Source: an uncultured beta proteobacterium (GTDB lineage Bacteria > Pseudomonadota > Gammaproteobacteria > Burkholderiales > Casimicrobiaceae). From it: a stretch of DNA of 64,000 nucleotides. The DNA is taken from positions 18,089 to 82,088 of the forward strand of contig CAWDPJ010000017.1 of the NCBI GenBank assembly GCA_963804205.1, given 5' to 3'. Position numbers and translations under genes: made by a program. Positions 32,300 through 42,287 of this stretch are shown here, in pieces (position 1 is the stretch's first letter; every line of letters begins with the position of its first letter). A model generated the notes under the pieces. It was given only the letters and a program-made list of their open reading frames with translations, was not told the origin of the DNA and did no database searches.

Positions 32300-32547
32300 G
32301 GGCGTTGGCCACCGACATCAAGGTCTACTTCTGTGATCCCCGGAGTCCCTGGCAGCGCGGATCGAATGAGAACGCGAATGGCCTACTGAGGCAGTATTTG
32401 CCGAAGGGGATCGATCTCTCAGCCTATTCGCAACCCAAACTCAACGCCATCGCTCGGCGACTTAACGAGCGGCCGAGGAAGCCGCTGCACTACGAACACC
32501 AGCCCAACGATTTCATCAATCTGTTGCGTCGACCGGTTGAATCCGCC
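32300..32547 (+). mobile_element. IS30-family transposase 3' remnant with right end
   Basis: VYFCDPRSPWQRGSNENANGLLRQYLPKG, LNERPRK; terminal GTTGCGTCGACCGGTTGAATCCGCC. Confidence 0.9.
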
Positions 32548-32717
32548 ACCCAAAGCGGTCAGTGGCGCCGGCCTGCCGTAGCAGGGAAAATGCAGCTCGG
32601 TTCCTTCAATAGCGGCTGGCGATGCGGCATAGGCACCACCATTTCCTTGCGTCGACCCGAGCCCGTACACAGGTCGGGGAATTATCAAACCGGGCGGACG
32701 CGCTACCTTCTGCCCCG

Positions 32718-33863
32718 ATGCGCTGGATCAAGAGCCCGGCCTGGGACCTCGTTTGGGTCCTGAATGCGCTGTGGTTGGCCCCCCTGATCCTTCTGCTGGC
32801 GCGGGGTCATGACGACGTGCGCGCCAGCCCAGTGGACGGGCTGTTCTTCGCCCTTGCGGTGCCGCTGTGGTTCGGCCACCGCGTCTCGTCGGCCTGGCTT
32901 GCCTACGCGACCCCGGCCTACCGCCCACTGCTCTCCACGCAGCGGCTGCGCTTCGTAGTGGCCCCGTTGGCCATCGCCGTGGCCTGCTTCGCCTTGCTGC
33001 TCGCTCCCGAGAGCGTGCTACCGATGCCGCTGACCGAGCGCGTGGTCTGGCTCGCCGTCCTGGACTACCTGCTGGTGAGTTACCATTTCGCCGCGCAGCA
33101 CTTCGGGCTGCTCAGCCTCTACCGCGCGCGCGCAGGACGAGCGTCGGACGCCATCACGCGACGGCTCGATCGGTGGTTTGCACTCGGCGTGGGCGGCGGT
33201 TTTGTCGTGCTGGCAGAGGCCCTGGCTGAATCTATCGCCTACCACGACCGCTGGATTGACCCGCTGCTGGGAGCGAGCGGGGCCGACCTATTCGCGCACA
33301 CGCTGCGCGATGGCGGCATCGTCTTCGTCGTGATTCTGACCGCCTTGATGTTGCGCGTCGAACTGCGCTCGCAGCGCCCATCGCTGCCGCGCGTAGCCTA
33401 CGTCCTCGGCGTCTCGGCCATGGTGCTCTTCGCCTTCCTCGCGCGCGACCCCTTCCTGTTCATCGTGCTGTGGAGCGTGCAGCATTGGAGCGCCGCGATG
33501 GGACTCGCCTCGCTCGCGACTTCCGGTGGGCCCCAGGCGCCGGGCGCGCACTGGCAGCGGCTGCTGGCGCCAATCAACAGGCGAGGCTGGGCAGTCCTGC
33601 TCATGCTCGCCGTCGTCTCCACGCTGCTGTTGCCGGTGCTGGAAGTCCAAGCCGTGTCCGACGAATACGCCTACGCCGACCGCATCTTCGGCGATGCGGC
33701 GCGGTGGCTGCGCTCCTCGCCCTTCGTGCCGGCGCTGCTGGCACTGGGCTTCGCGAGCGGCTTCATCCACTACCTGCTGGATCGCGCGGCCTTCCGCTTC
33801 TCCTCGCCCGACGTGAGGCAGGCCGCCCGCGGCCTGCTGCAATCAAGATCGTTTCACCAATAG
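32718..33863 (+). CDS. Uncharacterised multi-pass membrane protein with four His motifs
   Basis: About 9-10 hydrophobic helices; FGHR, YHFAAQHFG, VQHW, FIHYLLD. Confidence 0.8.
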   Translation: MRWIKSPAWDLVWVLNALWLAPLILLLARGHDDVRASPVDGLFFALAVPLWFGHRVSSAWLAYATPAYRPLLSTQRLRFVVAPLAIAVACFALLLAPESVLPMPLTERVVWLAVLDYLLVSYHFAAQHFGLLSLYRARAGRASDAITRRLDRWFALGVGGGFVVLAEALAESIAYHDRWIDPLLGASGADLFAHTLRDGGIVFVVILTALMLRVELRSQRPSLPRVAYVLGVSAMVLFAFLARDPFLFIVLWSVQHWSAAMGLASLATSGGPQAPGAHWQRLLAPINRRGWAVLLMLAVVSTLLLPVLEVQAVSDEYAYADRIFGDAARWLRSSPFVPALLALGFASGFIHYLLDRAAFRFSSPDVRQAARGLLQSRSFHQ

Positions 33864-33989
33864 CGGCCATCGACGCGATGTAAGCGCGAATTGTGCTCCG
33901 TCGCACCTGGGCCGATCACGCAGGCGCAACCGCTTCGCGCTGACCAGGGGGTCGAATAGCGGTTTCGCGAATGGGACCGCTCTTGGCCC

Positions 33990-34009
33990 TTCAGCGACCG
34001 TCGCAAACC
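33990..34009 (+). repeat. 20-bp direct repeat copy 1 (TTCAGCGACCGTCGCAAACC)
   Basis: Exact match to 37101-37120; internal GCGAC-C-GTCGC palindrome. Confidence 0.9.
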
Positions 34010-34124
34010 GACCCTGACCGGCCGTTCGATTTTTCACGGAAGCGGCCGTTCGACCGACGACTGGCAGCTTCTCGATCGCTTATACGCCTGCATCAACGCG
34101 TGAGCGTCGGCGGGGCAGTTTCGA

Positions 34125-34568
34125 TTACTTCGCCGCGGGCGCGGTCGTCGGTTGCGAAGGCTGTGCCGGCGGCGCGGCACCCGGTTGAGTTGGCACCACT
34201 ACGCCTGGCGCGAGCGGAATGTCCTCCACCGCCTTTACGCCGTTGACCCAATGCCGCGTCTCCCCGAAGCAACTACCCGGCAGGCCGACCTTCTCCTCGT
34301 AGTGCAGGGATACGCGCTTGCCCATTGCACCGTTGATTTTCGTCGCCACATCGTCGTCCCACACGGTAAACAAAAACTTCTCCTGCGCAGTGCCAGGCAG
34401 GGTTACAAGGGCCAGCTCGCCTTCCCACGTTTTGCAGATCCAACCCTTGCTGGAGAACTTCTGTATCCACCCGGCGCGTTCGCCCGAAGAGTAGCTCCAT
34501 GACATCATCAACCAGATCCACGCCGCACCGAGCACGACGATGATGACCGGGATCAGCCAGAGCATCAT
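34125..34568 (-). CDS. Conserved membrane-anchored hypothetical protein
   Basis: N-terminal TM; WSYSSGERAGWIQKFSSKGWICKTWEGEL; CFGET. Confidence 0.8.
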   Translation of the reverse strand: MMLWLIPVIIVVLGAAWIWLMMSWSYSSGERAGWIQKFSSKGWICKTWEGELALVTLPGTAQEKFLFTVWDDDVATKINGAMGKRVSLHYEEKVGLPGSCFGETRHWVNGVKAVEDIPLAPGVVVPTQPGAAPPAQPSQPTTAPAAK

Positions 34569-34751
34569 TCCGGAACAGCGAGTACGGGACCGCATTTCTC
34601 GACGTGGCATGGGCGAGATCACGAATCGTAGCGACGCGTCGCCAACGGGATGTCAACGCACAACGATCATACCCGAAACGCGGGTCCGGAACGCAGCGAC
34701 GGTCACCTGCTTTGGCGCCGGTTATCGTCGTTCCAATGGTTCGATGAGCGC

Positions 34752-34930
34752 CAAAATCAGCGTTGCCTTAGTACGCCGGATTGAGTGAGTTCCGTGCGCT
34801 GCGCGATCGAGACCGATTTCGCCAATCCAGCTGTCCACGATACGTGCGTACTGCCGAGTACCGAGGTGCGGTGATGAATCTAGCCGGCTCGGAAAGAAAA
34901 AAACGTTCCCCTTCAATCAGCCAGCCACGC
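34752..34930 (-). pseudogene. Tyrosine recombinase C-terminal remnant
   Basis: FPSRLDSSPHLGTRQYARIVDSWIGEIGLDRAAHGTHSIRRTKATLI (H-x-x-R box); truncated before the catalytic Tyr. Confidence 0.88.
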
Positions 34931-35023
34931 TGTGAAGAACGCGGTTGGCCGGATCGCCTATTTAAAATCCGCCGGCACGGATACAATGCCGCGGACGCAT
35001 CGCCGACTCTCAGGAGCAACCGC

Positions 35024-36439
35024 ATGGGCAAACTGCGCCACCCGCTGCGAGTTCTCACCGGCGCGATCCTGGTCGCGCTCGCGGCCATCCTCCTGTTCGT
35101 TCCCGCCACCGGTATCCCGCAATCCGACGCGACCAAGAACGCGGGCCCGCCCTTCAACGACAACATCGACGACCCGGCCGAATGGGGCAAGGCGTTCCCG
35201 AAGCACTACGAGCTCTACAAGAAGTCCGTCGACATGCAGCGCACCAAGCACGGCGGAAGCGAGGCCGTGCCGCACACGCCGACCCAGGCTGACCCGCGTT
35301 CGGTCGTCGCGCGCTCCAAGGTCGAGGAGGACAAGGGCCTCAGGGCCATCTGGCAGGGCTACGCCTTTTCCGAGGACTTCCGTGAAGAGCGCGGCCACGC
35401 GCACATGCTCGAGGACCAGCGGCTCACGAAGCGCCAGGTGGTCGTGAAACAGCCGGGCGCGTGCGTGAACTGCCACGCATCGATGTACCTCGCGTACAAG
35501 CGGGCGGGCAACGGCGACATCACCAAAGGGTTCGAGAAAATCAACGCGATGCCTTACGCAGAGGCGACCAAGCTCGTGAGCCATCCGGTCGCGTGCATCG
35601 ACTGCCACGATGGCTCGACGCTCGCACTGCGGGTCACGCGCCCGGCATTCATCGAAGGCATGCGTGCCTACAAGGCATCGCTGGGCGTGAAGGATTACGA
35701 CGTGAACAAGCACGCGTCGTCGGCCGAGATGCGCGCCTACGTGTGCGGCCAATGCCACGTCGAGTACTACTTCAAGGGTCCCGAGAAGCGCCTCGTCTAT
35801 CCCTGGTCGAAGGGCCTCAAGATCGAGGAGATCACCTCCTACTACGACGAGATCGGCTTCCGTGACTGGACCCATAAGGACACCGGCGCCCCCGCGCTCA
35901 AGGCACAGCATCCCGAGTTCGAGATGTGGAACCAGGGCCCACATGCGCGCGCCGGCGTCACCTGTGCCGACTGCCACATGCCGTCGATTTCCCCGTCGTT
36001 CACCGATCACTGGGTACGCAGCCCCATGTTGAACGTCCAGGCTGCATGCGTCGGGTGCCACAAGAAGCACGACGAGAAGGCCACCGCGGAGGACATGCAG
36101 GCGCGTGTCTACCAAATCCAGGACCGGCACTGGGCGCTTCGCGAGAAGGCGATGGCGGCCGTGGTCGGGCTGATCGACGACCTGAAGGCGGCGAAGGCCG
36201 CGGGGCGCAAGGACGCGGACCTCGGCACCGCCCAGTATCTGCAGCGACGCTCGCAGTTCTACCTGGACTTCGTCGAGGCGGAAAACTCCACGGGTTTCCA
36301 TGCGCCGCAGGAGGCTGCGCGCATCCTGGGCGAGTCGATCGACTTCGCGCGCCAAGGCCAGATCGCGTTGCGTGACCGGGCCTTCAAGCCGACCGTGCCC
36401 GTGGTCAACATTCCGCCATCCCCGCCGGCGAAGTCCTGA
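35024..36439 (+). CDS. nrfA: Pentaheme cytochrome c nitrite reductase, heme-1 CxxCH variant
   Basis: EERGH; CVNCH, CIDCH, CGQCHVEYYF, KAQHPEFE, CADCH, CVGCH; AENSTGFHAP; RBS AGGAG. Confidence 0.93.
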   Translation: MGKLRHPLRVLTGAILVALAAILLFVPATGIPQSDATKNAGPPFNDNIDDPAEWGKAFPKHYELYKKSVDMQRTKHGGSEAVPHTPTQADPRSVVARSKVEEDKGLRAIWQGYAFSEDFREERGHAHMLEDQRLTKRQVVVKQPGACVNCHASMYLAYKRAGNGDITKGFEKINAMPYAEATKLVSHPVACIDCHDGSTLALRVTRPAFIEGMRAYKASLGVKDYDVNKHASSAEMRAYVCGQCHVEYYFKGPEKRLVYPWSKGLKIEEITSYYDEIGFRDWTHKDTGAPALKAQHPEFEMWNQGPHARAGVTCADCHMPSISPSFTDHWVRSPMLNVQAACVGCHKKHDEKATAEDMQARVYQIQDRHWALREKAMAAVVGLIDDLKAAKAAGRKDADLGTAQYLQRRSQFYLDFVEAENSTGFHAPQEAARILGESIDFARQGQIALRDRAFKPTVPVVNIPPSPPAKS

Positions 36440-36445
36440 GGGGCG

Positions 36446-37045
36446 ATGGCCGGAATTCCAAAAGCCCATGGAACACGCAGCCAACCTGGCCTGCTGAGGC
36501 GCGCATGGCGGCGGCTGCGCAGCCCGAGTGCTCGCTGGTCGGTCCTGGCGCTCGTCAGCCTGGGTTTCGTGGTTGGCGCCATCGCGATCATCGGCACCCA
36601 GGTGATGGTCCACGTCACGGGCACCGATGAATTCTGCGGGGCGGCGTGCCACTCGATGCAATGGGTCGCGAAGGAACATCGGGAGAGCATTCATGGCGTG
36701 AACAGCACCGGCGTGCGTGCGACGTGCCACGACTGCCACATCCCCAGGGAGTACCCCGAACTCCTCTGGTACAAGGCGGTGGCGGGCACCAAGGACGTCA
36801 TTGGGGAGATACGCGGCATCATCTCCACCGAGGAGAAGTTCAGGAGCGAGCGCAGGCGCATGGCCGGACACGTCTGGGCGGAATACAAGGCCAACGATTC
36901 GCGCGCGTGCCGCGGCTGCCACGAGTTCTCCAAGGAAGTGCTCGCGAAGCAGCAGGAAATGGTGCGGCAAATACACGCGCCGGTGCTCGAGGGCAAGGCA
37001 ACCTGCACCGACTGCCATAAAGGCGTCGGGCATGCGGCGCCCTGA
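36446..37045 (+). CDS. NapC/NirT/NrfH-family tetraheme quinol dehydrogenase
   Basis: N-terminal TM; CGAACHSM, CHDCH, CRGCH, CTDCHKGVGH; 6 bp after nrfA. Confidence 0.92.
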   Translation: MAGIPKAHGTRSQPGLLRRAWRRLRSPSARWSVLALVSLGFVVGAIAIIGTQVMVHVTGTDEFCGAACHSMQWVAKEHRESIHGVNSTGVRATCHDCHIPREYPELLWYKAVAGTKDVIGEIRGIISTEEKFRSERRRMAGHVWAEYKANDSRACRGCHEFSKEVLAKQQEMVRQIHAPVLEGKATCTDCHKGVGHAAP

Positions 37046-37081
37046 GCAATCTGGAACGCCGTTCGGGCTAACTTCCGAGCC

Positions 37082-37134
37082 AATGTCCGCTTCTGGGCCG
37101 TTCAGCGACCGTCGCAAACCCCAAAGCAGACGTT
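37082..37134. repeat. Palindromic site containing 20-bp direct repeat copy 2 (37101-37120)
   Basis: Arms AATGTCCGCTT...AAGCAGACGTT around TTCAGCGACCGTCGCAAACC. Confidence 0.8.
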
Positions 37135-37319
37135 AGCGGTGCCGACCGAAAGCTCCTTGCGTCACCTCGCGGATCCCACGATGCGCTCCATCCATCATGA
37201 CGGATCGGTCAACTCGCAGACGTGACGTGAGCTTGAAGGCGGCCACAACTGCAGGAGGCGGTTCGATGAGTCATCAGCCTGTAGGGTGGGAATTGCGACG
37301 CCTAACCTAAAGTAGATCG

Positions 37320-37444
37320 CGGATGCGCGGATCTGCTCCTCGGTGAACCGCGATCTTTTCATGCGCCTCTCCTCTCCGTTGCAGGAGTCCGCGCCGCTAC
37401 GCTACTCTAGTTTTGAACTGCTACGAAATTGCGGGAGGACGCCA
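37320..37444 (-). mobile_element. IS3-family (IS407-group-like) left-end remnant
   Basis: TG-initiated end TGGCGTCCTCCCGCAATTTCGTAGCAG, RBS, then orfA start MKRSRFTEEQI, truncated. Confidence 0.8.
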
Positions 37445-37457
37445 GTATCCTTTGCTG

Positions 37458-38741
37458 TTAAGTGAGCCGCGCGACGATCCACTTCGCTGCGGCGATCAGC
37501 CGGCGGTCGTCCGACCACTTGCCGATCAACTGAGGACCGATGGGCAACCCGCGTGGGCCTTTGAAAGCCGGAATCGTCAGCGCCGGCAGGTGCAGCTCGG
37601 TCCACAGGCAGTTGAAGATCGCATTGCCCGTCGATTCGTGCCCCTCGGGCGCTTCGCCTGGCGCGGCCGGCGTAAGCAGCACGTCGTGGCGCTCGAATAC
37701 TTCCGCCATGCGCCGGCGGCATTCCTCCATCACGATTCGCGACGCGGCATATTGCTGGAAGTTACAGGCGAGACCGTCTTTCACGCGGCCCGCGAGCAGG
37801 GCTTTGCTGAGCTGATCGCGGTGGCGGGTGAGCTCGAAGGCGAGCTGCTGGACGAATTCGAAGCCGCCGACGCTACTGGCGGCGTTGGCAAAACGCGGGA
37901 AGATCGGCGGGAGCTCGGCTTCGTTCACTTTCGCTCCAGCCGCGGCGAGCTTCGCCACCGCATCTTCGAGCATCCGCTGCGTCGATTCCTCGGCCTGATC
38001 CCAATAAGGGGTGCGGCAAAAACCGATGCGCAGCGCTGCACCGTCCGCGGCGGGAGCGGGCTCCCCGCGTTCTTTCAGCAACACCGCGCGAAACAGCTCG
38101 ACGTCCTCGAGCGAGCGCGCGATCAGGCCCAGCGTATCGAAAGAGCGCGCGTGCTCGCGCACGCCGAAAAGCGGGAAATCGCCGAAAGTCGGCTTGTAGC
38201 CGACGACCCCGCAGAACGCGGCCGGCCGGATCGTCGAGCCGCCGGTCTGCGTGCCGTACGCGACCGGTACCATGCCTGCCGCCACCGCCGCCGCCGATCC
38301 GCTCGACGAGCCTCCCGGCGTACGTGCGGGATCCCAAGGGTTTTGCGTCTTGCCGCCAGGGCGATGCGCGAACTCGGTGGTGACGGCTTTGCCGAGCAGA
38401 ATGCCGCCCGCGTCCCGCGTGATCGCGACGCACGCCGCGTCCCATGTCGTGCGGTTTCCGCGGTAGATGTGCGAACCGTATTCGGTGGGCATGTCGGCAG
38501 TCTCGATGATGTCTTTGACGCCGAACGGAATGCCTTGGAGGACGTCGTTTCGCGGGCTCTTGTCGCGCGCTCGCGCGAGCTCGAGCGCCGCTTCGATATC
38601 GAGGTACTGCCAGGCCTGGACTTGCGGCTCGCGCGTCTTGATGCGCTCAGCGCATGAGGCGACGAGCGCCGCACGCGTGAGCTTGCCTTGTACGATGCGC
38701 GATATCGCTTCGACGGCCGTGAGATCGCAGGGTTCTTTCAT
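37458..38741 (-). CDS. Amidase signature family enzyme
   Basis: GVKDII, TPGGSSSGSAAAVA, YGTQTGGSTIRPAAFCG. Confidence 0.95.
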   Translation of the reverse strand: MKEPCDLTAVEAISRIVQGKLTRAALVASCAERIKTREPQVQAWQYLDIEAALELARARDKSPRNDVLQGIPFGVKDIIETADMPTEYGSHIYRGNRTTWDAACVAITRDAGGILLGKAVTTEFAHRPGGKTQNPWDPARTPGGSSSGSAAAVAAGMVPVAYGTQTGGSTIRPAAFCGVVGYKPTFGDFPLFGVREHARSFDTLGLIARSLEDVELFRAVLLKERGEPAPAADGAALRIGFCRTPYWDQAEESTQRMLEDAVAKLAAAGAKVNEAELPPIFPRFANAASSVGGFEFVQQLAFELTRHRDQLSKALLAGRVKDGLACNFQQYAASRIVMEECRRRMAEVFERHDVLLTPAAPGEAPEGHESTGNAIFNCLWTELHLPALTIPAFKGPRGLPIGPQLIGKWSDDRRLIAAAKWIVARLT

Positions 38742-38750
38742 ATAAAACCT

Positions 38751-39285
38751 GCTCTCCGCGGAATCGAGTGGTGATTTCGAGGTTGAAAACTTTCAGGCGC
38801 AGATATTCCTCGTCGCGCAGGTCGTAGGCGCGACGCTGGATGACGCGGATCTTGTTGTTGAGTCCTTCGACGAATCCGAGAGATACTTGCTCTCTGGCTT
38901 GCAGTAGACGGCGACCCCATCCCAGTGACGGTCGATCATTTCGGCAAACTTCTCGTACGGCGCGAGTCGCTGCCATCTCAAGCTCGCCCGCCAGTTCTCG
39001 AAGAAACGTCGCGCCCAGCCTTCGGTTTCGTAGTCCCAGAGCTGGCCGAAGGATTCCTTCAGTAGGTAGGGCCCGGTTGAGGCGCTCGTTGGTCGCGAGC
39101 AGTTTCTTGAGCGCCTACCTGCCATCCAGCGCCAGGTTCTCTCGGGGCGAAAGCAGCGTGTACTACTGGCCCTTGATGTAGCTTCGCCCCCGGCTGCTGA
39201 GTGTACGGTACTCGGACTTGCGCACCTCATCGAGCGCATCACCTAAATGACGCATGATGTGGAACTTGTCGAACAGGATCTCTCC
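38751..39285 (-). mobile_element. ISL3-family transposase 3' remnant
   Basis: DKFHIMRHL...; YLLKESFGQLW; EGLNNKIRVIQRRAY; internal stop and frameshifts. Confidence 0.88.
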
Positions 39286-39307
39286 TGCGACGCCGGGGTT
39301 CCGCGCT

Positions 39308-40288
39308 TCACTCGATCTTGACTCCCGCCTGTTTGATGATCTGCGCGTATTTCTTCGCTTCCTGCTGAACGAACGAGGCGAGCTGCTCGGGCGTCATGAC
39401 CGAAACGACGATGCCCTGCGACGAGAACTGCTTGGAGATCTGCGGATCCTTCACGGTCGAATTCACAGCGTCAGCGATCTTGTCGATCACCGGGCGGGGC
39501 GTCCCTGTCGGAACGAAGAACGCGAACCAGCCCGAAACGTCGAAATCGCGCACACCCGACTCGGCGATCGTCGGCACGTCGGGCAGCGAAGGCACGCGCG
39601 AGCGCGTGGAGACCGCGACCGCGCGAAGCTTTCCGGATTCCACGTGTGCGAGCGCCGGCGGGATGCTCGAGAGAAACAGCATCACTTGGCCGCCGACCAC
39701 CGCGCTCATGATCTCACCGCCGCCTTTATAGGGGACGTTGAGGAGCTTCACTTTCGCGGAGCTCATCAAAAGCTCCATGCCGAGAGACGCCGGAGCGCCG
39801 ACCCCCGACGAAGCAAAAGTGAGCTCGCCGGGACGTGCTCGCGCGAGCGCGAGGATCTCCTCCACCGTGCGCGCTGGAAGCGATGCGTTCGCCACCAGCA
39901 GCAGCGGAAGCACGCCCGACATCGCGACGGGCGACAAGTCGCGCAGCGGATCGTAGGTCATCTTCGAGTACAGGCTCTGGTTCACCGCGATCTCCGACGT
40001 GTAGCCCAGAAAGATCACGTGGCCGTCGGGCGGGGACTTCGCGGCCTCGGCCGCGCCGATCATGCCCGCCGCGCCGGGTTTGTTGACGACGATAACCTGC
40101 TGACCCCACAAGCTCGTCATGCGCTCGGCGATGACGCGCGCCATCAGATCGCCGGAGCCGCCCGGCGGATACGAGACGATGATCTGCACCGTCTTCGTAG
40201 GATATGCCTGGGCAACGACTTGAGTCGGCGTCCACAGCGTTGCCGCAACCAAACTGCATGCCGCTACGAACCCTTTCTGCAACCTCAT
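39308..40288 (-). CDS. Bug/TctC tripartite tricarboxylate transporter substrate-binding protein
   Basis: YPTKTVQIIVSYPPGGSGD, NKPGAAG, VPYKGGG, PDVPTIAESG. Confidence 0.95.
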   Translation of the reverse strand: MRLQKGFVAACSLVAATLWTPTQVVAQAYPTKTVQIIVSYPPGGSGDLMARVIAERMTSLWGQQVIVVNKPGAAGMIGAAEAAKSPPDGHVIFLGYTSEIAVNQSLYSKMTYDPLRDLSPVAMSGVLPLLLVANASLPARTVEEILALARARPGELTFASSGVGAPASLGMELLMSSAKVKLLNVPYKGGGEIMSAVVGGQVMLFLSSIPPALAHVESGKLRAVAVSTRSRVPSLPDVPTIAESGVRDFDVSGWFAFFVPTGTPRPVIDKIADAVNSTVKDPQISKQFSSQGIVVSVMTPEQLASFVQQEAKKYAQIIKQAGVKIE

Positions 40289-40319
40289 GATCGACCTCCA
40301 GAGTTTGGCGTTGTACGGG

Positions 40320-40888
40320 AAAGTCCGAGACGACCAAATCGACGAATGGGTTGACGGGCATGCGCTCGAACCTCGGCCGTCGTCGCAGACTTCGAGGATG
40401 CGCGCGCGCTGCTCGGCTGGAAAGCGCTTCTCCAAACTCGAGACGAATTTCGCGCAGCACGGGGACTGCTTCGCTGCGCCGGCGTGGATGACCGATCGGA
40501 AATTCGAGCTCCATCTTCTCGGAAGGGTGGCTCCTCTGGCGCGCGGCGGTGAACGCGTCGTAGCAATCGAACCAGCGGATCATCGCGCCGAAGCTGAATG
40601 CCGCCGTCGAGGGATCGAGCTCGTAGCGCGTCCCGGGCACGCGCGAGCCGTTCGACACGATCGTTCCGGGCACGAGCGGCACGGGTAGCTTCGCGCATTC
40701 CGGATCTCGAGCGCGTCCAACGTGAACGCGAGGCTGTCGATCACGCACAGGCGCGCCGCCGCGATCGTGTCTTCGCTCTTGATCCTGTAGCCCGACACGT
40801 AATCCACAATGTCAGCAGAATTCGGTCTGGCTCCGTGCGCACGTTGTCGGCGGAGGTGGCGCGCGCCGAGCAAGCGCTTCACGAGCAT
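40320..40888 (-). pseudogene. prpD: 2-methylcitrate dehydratase (PrpD) pseudogene with large internal deletion
   Basis: DIVDYV...ARLCVIDSL; PGTIVSNGSRVPGTRYELDP; MIRWFD; HPS joined directly to the C-terminal EFPIGHPRRR. Confidence 0.8.
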
Positions 40889-41069
40889 GGCGGTCGAGAA
40901 ACCAGGTGCCGCTGGGGGGAACACTCATTGTCGCGATCGTGATCGCCTTAGTCAAGCTGGTGTATCGGCCAGTACGTATTGCACTGTGTTTAGGTGCGAG
41001 TCCCCTCCCTGCCAATGTCTTTCGATTTCCGCGCAAGACTTGAAGCGGATTTCCGCGAAGGAGACGCAC

Positions 41070-42227
41070 ATGCCTACCAACGTTCCATTCATCTTGACGC
41101 CCGGACCCGTCGTCACCGCACGCGAGGTCAAGGAGGCCATGCTGTTCGACTATGCCCCGGCGGACGATTTCATTCGAACCTCCACCGCGAACATCCGTGA
41201 CTATCTGGTAGGGCTGGTCAACGGCAAGGGCAGCTACGAATGCGTGCCGCTGCAGGGTTCCGGGACCTATGCCATCGAAGCGGCGTTTCATACGTTGTTG
41301 CCGCCGGACGCGAAAATGCTGATCGTCGTCAACGGGTTTTACGGGCTCCGCCTGAAGGAACTGTGCGATCGGATGAAAAAAAGCAGCATCGTGCTCGAAT
41401 TACCGATCCTTCCGCCTCCGTCTGCACGCGACATCGAAGCGGCGCTCGACGCCAACCCCGGCATCACGCACCTCGCTCTTTGCCACTGCGAAACGGCGAC
41501 AGGGGTATTGAACCCCATCGCGGAGATTGCCACGGTCGCGAAAGCGCGCGGCGTTCGCTTGATTCTCGATGCGATCGCGTCATTCGCTGCATTCGACCTC
41601 GACGCGCCGGCGCTCGATCTCGAGGCGATCATCGTATCGAGCAACAAGGGGCTGGAATCCGTTCCAGGCATTGGCTTTGTCATCGCCAAGCGCGCTTCGC
41701 TGGAAGCGGCCGGCGGCAATTCGGTCTCCCTCTCCCTCGATCTTCATGCGCAATGGACCCACATGGAGAAGACCGGACAATGGCGCTACACGCCGCCGAC
41801 CCACGTCATCGCGGCGCTGGCCACGGCGATCCGCATTCACCAGGACGAAGGTGGCATCCGTGGACGCCATGCGCGCTTCCACAGGGTCTGGCAGCGCCTG
41901 GTCGCGGCGATGCGGCAACGAGGCTTCGAGACGCTGATACCGGACGACCACGCGTCGCCGATCGTGACGACCTTCCTCGAGCCCGCGGATCCGCGCTACA
42001 GCTTCCCGAAATTCAGCGCGGAGGTCAAAAAGCGCGGCTTCATCGTGTTTCCGGGCCGTCTTACCGCATCGCGTACGTTTCGCATCGGCTGCATGGGAAG
42101 AATCACCGACGCCGACGTCGATAGGCTGGTCGATGCCATCGAAGGCGCGATGCAAAGCCTCGGTGTGCAAAATCGAGCGCCGGATCGATCGAGCGTCGCT
42201 GCGGGAAGCCCTGCGCTGCATGCTTGA
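41070..42227 (+). CDS. phnW: 2-aminoethylphosphonate-pyruvate transaminase-like (class V)
   Basis: LTPGP, LQGSGT, VNGFYG, HCETATGVLNP, DAIASF, SSNKGLE, WRYTPPTHV. Confidence 0.85.
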   Translation: MPTNVPFILTPGPVVTAREVKEAMLFDYAPADDFIRTSTANIRDYLVGLVNGKGSYECVPLQGSGTYAIEAAFHTLLPPDAKMLIVVNGFYGLRLKELCDRMKKSSIVLELPILPPPSARDIEAALDANPGITHLALCHCETATGVLNPIAEIATVAKARGVRLILDAIASFAAFDLDAPALDLEAIIVSSNKGLESVPGIGFVIAKRASLEAAGGNSVSLSLDLHAQWTHMEKTGQWRYTPPTHVIAALATAIRIHQDEGGIRGRHARFHRVWQRLVAAMRQRGFETLIPDDHASPIVTTFLEPADPRYSFPKFSAEVKKRGFIVFPGRLTASRTFRIGCMGRITDADVDRLVDAIEGAMQSLGVQNRAPDRSSVAAGSPALHA

Positions 42228-42287
42228 GCCACGCTCCACGTTGCCCGAAGCCCGGTGACCCTTCAGCGCGGGAAAGCAGGAGTTACG

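Noticed and set aside
37067-37137. Canonical integron attC (GCTAAC...GTTAGC); also a GCTCAACGTTAGC half at ~44338-44350
   Set aside because: The ends do not fit RYYYAAC/GTTRRRY fully, no paired L boxes are visible, and no IntI is present in the window.
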